A model generated the notes under the pieces. The model searched no databases and was not told the origin of the DNA. It saw only the letters and a program-made list of their open reading frames with translations. Of a stretch of 64,000 nucleotides of DNA, positions 54,774 to 64,000 are shown in pieces. A program made the translations under genes and the position numbers. This DNA comes from Eledone cirrhosa (lineage: Eukaryota). The DNA is taken from the NCBI GenBank assembly GCA_964016885.1, contig OZ024742.1:83638001-83702000 (forward strand). Reading direction: 5' to 3'. The first letter of the stretch is position 1, and each line of letters opens with the position of its first letter.

Positions 54774-55175
54774 CTATTATGTCTCCTCCCGTTGTATTGT
54801 AATATCTATTCTATTATTTATTTATTTATTTATTTATTTATTCTCCTCTCTGTGTGTTTTTTGTTTGGTGTGTGTTCGTGTCTGAGTCTGTGTGTGTTTG
54901 TATTCTCTCTTTGCTCACTAGTGTGTGTTTATGTGTCGTTTTTGTTATTGTACGTGTAAATATTAAAGGTATGGCATACGGTTGGACTATCCTTGTGTCC
55001 CTGTGTGTATTAATCATATGTAGGAACGCATACTTTTATTATTATTCTCCCCACTTTGCACACGGTACCATAAAGAAATTGTTTCATCAATCATTTACTC
55101 TCATTCTGAGGCAGTTCTGAACGGCGCCAGTTTGTAATTTGAACTCGGTAATTTTATATTCTCCGAGAGAGAAAA

Positions 55176-55256
55176 GGCTTCTGACGATGATCTCTTTCTC
55201 AATGTAAATCAGCTTGGATTATCTATTCATTTGGGATCTGAAACCGCGGTAAGGGC
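55176..55256 (+). ncRNA. Type I hammerhead ribozyme in a 351-bp tandem pLTR-like unit
   Basis: ggctt-CTGACGA-tgatctc...gggatct-GAAA-ccgcgg-TA-agggc; palindromic stem III; unit delimited by a direct repeat at 55018-55045 / 55369-55396. Confidence 0.72.
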
Positions 55257-55390
55257 ACATATAGTAAGTACAGTGAATTTTTTGGAATTTAATTATTTAT
55301 TATTTTTTTAGATATTTTCTGTGTTTACACTCCCTTGATTTTATATGTTCTGGCTTGTTATTAATTACATGTAGGAACACATACTTTTAT

Positions 55391-55482
<92 letters not shown>

Positions 55483-55508
55483 GGTTACACAACAGTTAGT
55501 TCACCATA

Positions 55509-55543
55509 CCGAGAACAATTGTTTCACCTTAGCGGATCCTCAG
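55509..55543 (-). ncRNA. Hammerhead core in the loop of fold-back 55477-55588
   Basis: CTGAGGA-tccgctaaggt-GAAA-caattg-TT-ctcgg; the 5' strand of stem I is replaced by the inversion. Confidence 0.6.
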
Positions 55544-55727
55544 CAATTGTTCTCGGTATGATGAACTAACTGTGGTGTTACCACTTCTACCTAACTCGTC
55601 CCATGGACTGGGTGCTCTACCACTACTGATATTACCTTCCAGTGTTCTACTACTATATATATATATATATATATAGTAGTAGAACACTGGAAGGTAATAT
55701 CAGTAGTATATATATATATATATAGTA

Positions 55728-55792
<65 letters not shown>

Positions 55793-55793
<1 letters not shown>

Positions 55794-55978
55794 GATGATA
55801 TAATGGTTCATAGACTGACCAACATACTCTCATGAAATGACCAAATAATATTTATTTTTCAACATAGTTCCTGGAAGGACACAATGCAGTTATTAGTAAT
55901 AAGAATTAAAATTAATTCAAGATTTCATAGTACTTGCATCCTTCAAAGTCACCCTATGAACGTTTCAGTCTATCCTCG
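55793..55978. mobile_element. Mariner-type MITE copy (reverse orientation)
   Basis: Reverse complement of the 32576/48556 family, flanked by TA. Confidence 0.6.
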
Positions 55979-56084
55979 TAAATATATATATGAAATCAAG
56001 TTTTTTTATCAAGAACACAACACGCAACCCAGGAATCGAACCTATGACATTATGATCGTAAGTCCAACTCCTTTACCACTAGGC

Positions 56085-56202
<118 letters not shown>

Positions 56203-57281
56203 AAAGGATTGAAATCATGCGCATGTAGTCGCGTAGGGAACTTCATCAACTAAATGGCCATGCGTATGTGTACCAATTTCGTAAAAAACATCCAAAGCTT
56301 GCAGAACACGCCACCTAAGGGACGAGTTGTGGTATACATTTATTTATTACAATAGCTGATACGGATCGCACAAGATACGAGATTCATTCATGTCAAATTA
56401 TCCCTCCGGCCACATTAGTATGATTGAGTTCCTCATCTTCTTTTATAGAAGAGTTCTAAAAAGGGGGGGGGGGTAATAATTAGGTGTTAAATATGTAGAG
56501 AGAATTGTGTAAGTGAGGTAGTAATATTTTGTTCAGGTCGTTCTGAGTAAAACAACAGATTATTGTAGCTAACTTTCGTGTTTAGTAGAGAAATAAAAAG
56601 AGTTATTTTGAAAATTCTTTTGAAAAACTATGGAGTTTTAGAGTAATACAGGGAAATATATGAAGTATAAGAAGGTGGAGTATGAGGAGATCAAGGATAG
56701 AAGGGCGCTACACTTTAACATCTTAAACCTCACTTTAGGAAGCCTCAATTTCTAAAACCTTTTTAATAATACAGATATCTCTAATTAATATCAAGAAGGC
56801 CATCTAAAGCATATGCTTTCACTCCTTGTTCTTCCCCCACTCCCCATTTTATACATTTCTCTCTGTATTAGTTGTAAACTTACAAAGGTTTTCAATGTAT
56901 ATATATATATGAAGATTTCAATGACCGGGTTCAGTATGAATACGGTGACATCATCAGGTATTCCGAAATTTAACAAAGAAATATAATAGACACAATCCAA
57001 GGGGCTGAAAAGGCAGAGAGATACACAAGACGAGAAGGCGGCCAAACAATTAGCAGTTGCCAGTCCGATTGGCATATATATATGTGTGTGTGTGTGTACA
57101 TATATATATATATATATATATAGGGCGCGAAAATTTAATGAAAACTTGTTCACGTGACAGCCATAATTTCATTTATAACCAATCAAATTACGCTTATTTA
57201 AAAAAAGCCTTCGTGAGCCCCTTTTTTCAAGTAAAAAGAAATTCAAACACTCATATATGAAAAACAACCTGTGACACCCCC

Positions 57282-58174
57282 CGCAAATTTGCCCTTTGGA
57301 ATCTCCTAAAAAATAATGGCAAGGCAGACATATATGAAAAGTGGCTAAACGCTACCCCAATAATCCTCCCCAAAAAACTCCAAATAAAACCCATCCCGAA
57401 TGAACCAGAAAACCAACAAAGACTTAGGGAAAAGATGGCGTTAGAAAAATTTAAAACAGAAATAGAACTGTTGCGATTAAGAGCCAACTCCAACGAAGAA
57501 AAATTCAAGTCACTCGACCAACAGATGGACACAGAAATCTCAAAGCACTCTGAAGGCCTACTCTACAAAAAAAACTAAAACTTTGGAAAGAAAACTGTGA
57601 GGATGAAGAACTAACATCCCTCCAGCGATGGGAAAAAAACGCCACCTGGTTCAACAACTACGAAATGGACTTCAAAAATGAACAACATACAGGTAACCCA
57701 TTTTTAAAACAAACTAAAACTCACACACCACATGCACAACAAATAACAAGAAAAGTAACAAAACGTTCAACATACCCCCAGCAAAACTATAACGATAATC
57801 CCAGAAACCATAGACAAAACTATAACCCTACTAACAAAAACCGAAGATCCCCGAACACAAGGCAGGACCCGATCCGCAGATCACAACCCATACAAAACCT
57901 ATTCCAAAACCGTAGACCCCTGCCCGCACAGAGCCTGTTCCAAAACCGTAGGTCCCAACCCACACAAAGGAACAAAATCTACAACCCAGACTATCAACAA
58001 ACCGAACCTCAATACGTCCGAAACTTCTATACAAGACCACACAACAACAGGGGAAATACCATTAGATATAATAATACCATTGAAAAAACATTCCAGAAAA
58101 ATCATTTTTTAGACCAAGGCTACAGGACTCACGACACCCGGTGGCACAAACCGATTTTGAAAAACCGAAAATAA
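57282..58174 (+). pseudogene. PLE upstream ORF1 (coiled-coil-like plus N/R/Q/P-rich tail), 5'-truncated, one frameshift
   Basis: RKFALWNLLKNNGKADIYEKWL...EKFKTEIELLRLR...; frameshift in the A-run near 57570; continues into ORF 57665-58174. Confidence 0.65.
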
Positions 58175-60412
58175 TCAAACTTTCAAATACAAACCTCTCA
58201 GCCCAACAAGTAAAAATTCTCTCCAAAGGACTGAAATTCACACCAACACCACAATACTCTAAACCCAATGAGATAAATGACGATATCTCACACTTCTGTA
58301 GAAAATTACGTCTCACGGAGGAATTCTTTGACAAGGAGAATAACGACGAATCAATTGTACGGAATAAAAGCAGCTACAACCCAACAAAAGGTAGAAACAG
58401 AGTTCTGGACAAATTTTGTGACCACATAGCTACCTTCCCATACCATGAACTTCCGCAACCTAAACCCAAACCCAACACGAGTCGAAGGGAATGGGAGATT
58501 ATCCATGAACTAAAAAACAATACAGACATTATAATTAAGGAAGCGGACAAGGGAAGTACTGTTGTCATTATGGAGGCTGAAAAATATAAAAATTCTATGT
58601 TCTCTCTCTTACAAAATACTAATTACTATGAAATAGTAAAAAAACTACCAGCAATCAAAAACAATGACCAGATTAAACACACTGATTTATCGATACCAGG
58701 AAGACCTAACTAAAAAGGAACGCGATTATTTAACACATTTTGAATACAAAACCAGCAACCTTTACGGACTTCCGAAGATCCACAAGTGTAAAATAATTAA
58801 CGATGCCTGTAAACAATCCACCTCAGCCTGCGTGAACACACAATACCCCACAGACCTTAAATTAAGACCAATTGTAGCGGGCCCACAATGTGAAACACAC
58901 AGACTGAGTAACTTTATAGACATACTACTAAAACCAATTCTCAAACACATACCAAGCCTTGTAAGAGACGATCTGGACCTCTTAAACCACCTCTCCAAAC
59001 ATGTCAACAACGACGCTATTATTGTGTCTTTCGATGTAGTGAATCTCTACACAACGATCCCACACCAATACGGACTAGAAGCAATAGGATTCTGGCGAGA
59101 GAAATATCCCAATGAGATACCTGACAGAATAGAAAAAAGCTTCATCACCGAGGGATTAAAATTCATCTTACAGAACAACTTTTTTGATTTCGAAGGCAAT
59201 ACTTACAAGCAAATATCGGGGACTGCGATGGGTACAAAAGCCGCTCCAACTTATGCCAACTTAGTCATGGCATACTTAGAAGTCCAGATATATGAACAGT
59301 CCAAATCAAAATACGGATTGAACTTCCACAAATATTTATCAGAGAATTGGAAACGCTACTTGGATGATTGTCTCATTCTTTGGTCCCACACACTCGACCA
59401 ACTGAAAGATTTCAAAAACCTAATAAACGGCATCAATAACCACATCCAATTCACAATGGAATACAGCCAAGATCAACTCCCATTTCTGGACATCTTAATC
59501 TTTAAAAAAGACACAAATATCGAAACTGACATACACTACAAACCAACAGATTCCAAACAATACCTGCTATTCACCTCCAACCATCCAAAGCACACGAAGA
59601 CGAACATTCCTTTTAACCTAGCAAGAAGAATTTGCACAATTGTCTCCAATTATGAAACGCGAAATAAAAGACTTCAAGAATTAAAGGAAATTCTACTCGA
59701 AAGAGAGTACCCACTATTACTAATAAATAATGGAATAGAAAGGGCTAAAGCAATAGGCATTGATGAATTACGAAAACCGAAACAAATTCAAGGTACGTCC
59801 AATATTCTATCATATATCTCAACACACAAGCCAAGAAATGCGGAAGCTTACAACACTATTCACAAGAACATCCCACTACTAAAACAAAACCCAAGAATGA
59901 AAAAAGCCCTTGAAACACACAAAATAATCAAAAGCAAAAGACAAGCGAAATCACTGAAAACATTACTCACCAATGCCAAATTACCTACCACAAACCCACA
60001 ACCAAGTATCAAAAAATGTGGTCGCTCTAATTGTGGAACCTGCATTCACCTCATTGAAGGCAACACGTATACATTTAAATCAGGACAAAATTTTACTGTA
60101 AAAAATTACTTCACTTGCTCATCAAAAAATCTAATTTATGCCATTAAATGTAAAGGATGCAATGAAGATTATATAGGACAAACTAAACTCACACTCAGAA
60201 ACAGAATGACAGTTCATCGCCAACAATTACGAGATCCAACCACGAGACAGACACCACTAAGTGCACATCTAGACATTTGCGCAAGTAATAAGACACCCAA
60301 ATTCCAAGTCTTCCCATTTTACCTTTGCGCTAATAATACAACAGAACAAATACGAATAAATAAGGAAAATATGTTTATTCAAAAATATAGACCAGCATTA
60401 AATATGGTTTAA
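58111..60412 (+). pseudogene. PLE reverse transcriptase + GIY-YIG endonuclease (one frameshift near 58640)
   Basis: LSKGLKFTPTP, IKEADKG, YGLPKIHK, RPIV, FDVVNLYT, GTAMG, YLDD; Cys linker CGRSNCGTC (Neptune-like); LIY..C..C..YIGQT. Confidence 0.93.
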
Positions 60413-60910
60413 TATACATTATGTCAACACCATAACATGCTAACCATCCAAACAGACACATACACACACACATAACACCTTCTACTTTAGATAATAAAAA
60501 CCCGAACTAAATAAACCTAAACATACGTTTGCACTGACAATACAACAGAACAAATACGAATAAGTAAGGAAAATATGTTCATTCAAAAATATTCCTACTA
60601 AAGGAATCATTTTCCTACACACACACACACACACAATATATATATATATATATTCTCTTCATCTTAACATGCTGACCATACTCCCACACACATAACACCC
60701 ATACACACACATAACAACCCCACACCCACATACACAACTCCCTCCCCCATTTCTACTAATAGAATCACTTTCCTACACACATATATACACACACACACAA
60801 AATATATATTCTCTCCATCTTAACATACTTGCACACACACACACATAACACCCATATACACACACACACAACTCCCTCCCCCATTTCTACTAATAGAATC
60901 ATCTTCCAAT

Positions 60911-60956
<46 letters not shown>

Positions 60957-61277
60957 GCACACAAATAAACATACATATCTTTACTTTCTTTATTCAATAG
61001 AAAATCTGAATTCTGACACCCCAGCGAACTAACCATATTCACTGAACCAGAACAATTCTCCCATCCCATTTCTCTTGACCATTATCTTTTGCTTGTCATA
61101 ACATTCTCTAAAGAGGCTACAGAATAGATTTCCAAATAAGGGCGCAAAAATTTAATGAAAACTTGTTCACGTGTCAGCCATAATTTCATTTATAACCAAT
61201 CAAATTACGTTTATTTAAAAAAAGCCTTCGTGAGCCCTCTTTTTTAAGTAAAAAGACATTCAAACACATACACACAA

Positions 61278-61308
<31 letters not shown>

Positions 61309-61849
61309 GCGCGCACACACACACACAAGCACACAAATAAACATACATATCTTTACTTTCTTTATTCAATAGAAAATCTGAATTCTGACACCCCAGCGAA
61401 CTAACCATATTCACTGAACCAGAACAATTCTCCCATCCCATTTCTCTTGTCCATTATCTTTTACTTATCATAAAATTCTCTAAAAAGGCTACAGAGTGGA
61501 TTTCCAAATAAGGGCGCGAAAATTTAATGAAAACATATTCACGTGACAGCCATAATTTCATTTATAACCAATCAAATTACGCTTATTTAAAAAAAGCCTT
61601 CGTGAGCCCCTTTTTTCAAGTAAAAAGAAATTCAAACACTCATATATGAAAAAACAACCTGTGACACCCCCCTTGTTTGAAGAACTTTGTAACGCGAACT
61701 GGCGCGAAATTTATTATAATTATTGACCAACCAATCAAATTACTTCTCGAAAAACCTGGCATTTCGAGCCACTTTTTCCATATAAAACAAGTAACATTCA
61801 GAGACCAACCAGATGTGAGAAAAACCACAGACCCTCCATCTCAACTCTA

Positions 61850-61885
61850 CTTTTGAAAAGCAGAAGAACTGCGAAACCGGTAAAG
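61850..61885 (+). ncRNA. Decayed pLTR hammerhead of the Neptune element
   Basis: ctt-TTGAAAA-gcag aagaa ctgc-GAAA-ccgg-TA-aag; two core changes from CTGAAGA. Confidence 0.6.
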
Positions 61886-61955
61886 GAACCAAATAAATAT
61901 ATATATATTTTTTTTAAATAAGACTCCAGTTGCATTTTCGATTTCATCTTTTTTT

Positions 61956-62029
<74 letters not shown>

Positions 62030-62301
62030 GCATGTGATCAAGCGGCAGGGGTGGGGAGCGTGTGTGTGTGTGTGTGCGTCCGAGTCTGTTTTACGTTTAT
62101 GTTCGTATTTACGTTCGTAACATAGCGGTTAGGCAAAAATCAATCGCTAACAAAGTACCAGTCTTGAAAATGCAATTACTGGGAATAATACCATCGAGTA
62201 AATCAAGTTGATGCACCAACATAGCTCTAGTCGACTGGCTGATTTTTAAAATATATGTGTCTTTGTACATATATATATACATATGTTGTCTGTGAGAGAG
62301 A

Positions 62302-62351
<50 letters not shown>

Positions 62352-62506
62352 ACATATATTGGAAAATAGGCAAAAAACGTTGATGGCGGTGATGATGATA
62401 TATATATATATTCATTCCTACCTACACATACATGCATACAATCATACATAAATACATACAAATATACATACATACGTATATACATACATACAAATATACA
62501 TACATA

Positions 62507-63490
62507 CATGGTGTTATATCAGAGTTTTCCTTCTCCTAGAATTCTGCCTTGACAATATACATACATACATACATACATACATACATAAACGCATACATAC
62601 AAACACACATACATAGGCACATACATACACACACACATACATACATACATACATACATACATACATACATACATACATACATACATACATACATACATGG
62701 TGGCTGCCAACTCGTTTTCGAGTACGGCCACTACTTTATATCGATGTAGGAGAACCCCTACCGATGCGCTGAACGACTGTGACATTTTAGTCCAGCCAGC
62801 GATTGAAAACTCGTGTACAAACACTACACTTGTGACAATTACTGACACATAGTACTGGGCCCATGGTACCATGTGATGACAAGTGCAGAGATATCTCCAG
62901 ATATAAAGCAATGCCTGTGCCGTGAAGCTTTTATAGTGAGAAAAGGCACTGCACAAAGCCAGTCCCACTCTCTTAACCAAGATGATATTTACCAAAAAGA
63001 AGAACAAGTCAACATCATTGGATACCATCAGGGTTGCAGGTGTTATATCAGTTTTCCATACACACATACATACATAATACATACATACATACATACATAC
63101 ATACATACATACATACATACATACATACATACATACATACATACATACATGATGGCTGCCCCTCGTTATTGAGTATGGTCATTGCACGATATACCATTAT
63201 TAATAATTATTAATTAATTCTATCGTGCAATACCTGTGCGTGAAGATATTTTTTAAAGTGAGGAAAGACTGTGCACTGAGCCAATCCCACTCTCTGGGCG
63301 ACAGTAGCTATAACCCGAAAAGAAGAAAAGATCAACATCATCGGTAACTACTGAGCGGCAGGTTTTATATCGGAGTTATTCCAGTTTCCTGAGTTGCCTT
63401 CTCCTAGAAGATTCCCTGACAAAGGCTAGGGGTCCTTCACTCCCAGTGGTTTAACCACGTGATCGGGTTCCAGCCCAACTATTTCTACAT
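62507..63490 (-). mobile_element. Three stacked short non-autonomous elements with (TATG)n tails, probably RTE-derived
   Basis: Copies at ~63149-63490, 62697-63058 and 62507-62556 align with each other; the motif ctaggagaagg(a/c)aactc resembles RTE 5' UTRs. Confidence 0.5.
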
Positions 63491-64000
63491 CCCCGCGCAT
63501 ATACATACACATGCACCCTTCTTAAATTTAATGAATAGTCTCCAACACCAAAATATGCGACTGATCGCGTTGACTGATTATGTATGTATGTATGACAAAG
63601 GGTGGAAGAAGTCATAAGAGCCAACGGCCATCCAAAATTGTGTAAATATGTATATACAAATATAATTATACATACATATGTACATTTGTATATACATATT
63701 TACACACTTTTGGATGGCCGTTGACTCTTATGAGTTCTTCCGCCCTTTGTCATACATACATGCATACATACATACATACATACATACATACATACATACA
63801 TACATACATACATGCATGCATGCATGCATGCATGCATGCATGCATGCATACATACATATATACATACATACATACATACATACATACATACATACATACA
63901 TACATACATACAGATTCATCTTAAATTTAATGAATAGTCTCTCACACCAAAATATGCATACATACATACATACATACATACATACATACATACATACATA

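Larger units (their letters stand above)
57121..61960 (+). mobile_element. Neptune-type Penelope-like retroelement, near full length, inserted in (TA)n
   Basis: 5' pLTR fragment 57122-57282 matches 61511-61672; upstream ORF plus RT-GIY-YIG ORF; tandem 3' repeats; decayed hammerhead; (TA)n on both sides. Confidence 0.92.

Noticed and set aside
56938-56963. gaatac-CTGATGA-tgtcacc-gtattc on the minus strand
   Set aside because: Stem I and the first core box are present but GAAA and stem III are missing; counted only as a remnant

Overview
AT-rich, microsatellite-dense eukaryotic DNA. The repeat landscape resembles a cephalopod (octopus) genome, which is an inference. No host gene can be supported; the window is almost entirely retroelements, DNA-transposon remnants and simple repeats. 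Main contents: (1) two head-to-tail Tx1/L1-clade non-LTR retrotransposons on the minus strand, bounded by (ATT)n. Their ORF2s are near-identical, their ORF1s are divergent, and both have a GTAAGT...CAG segment whose removal would fuse ORF1 in frame to ORF2. (2) An Ingi/I-group LINE with a twin-priming-type 5' inversion. (3) A nearly complete Neptune-type Penelope-like element (PLE) with a T TTT TTA heptamer placed to give a -1 frameshift from ORF1 into the RT ORF. (4) About a dozen minimal type I hammerhead ribozyme motifs, mostly in short (TA)n-flanked, fold-back or tandem non-autonomous elements, which look like a PLE-driven retrozyme system. SINEs, mariner/MITE remnants and decayed RTE, CR1/L2 and Dong/R4 fragments fill the rest. 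All alignments and folds were made by eye.
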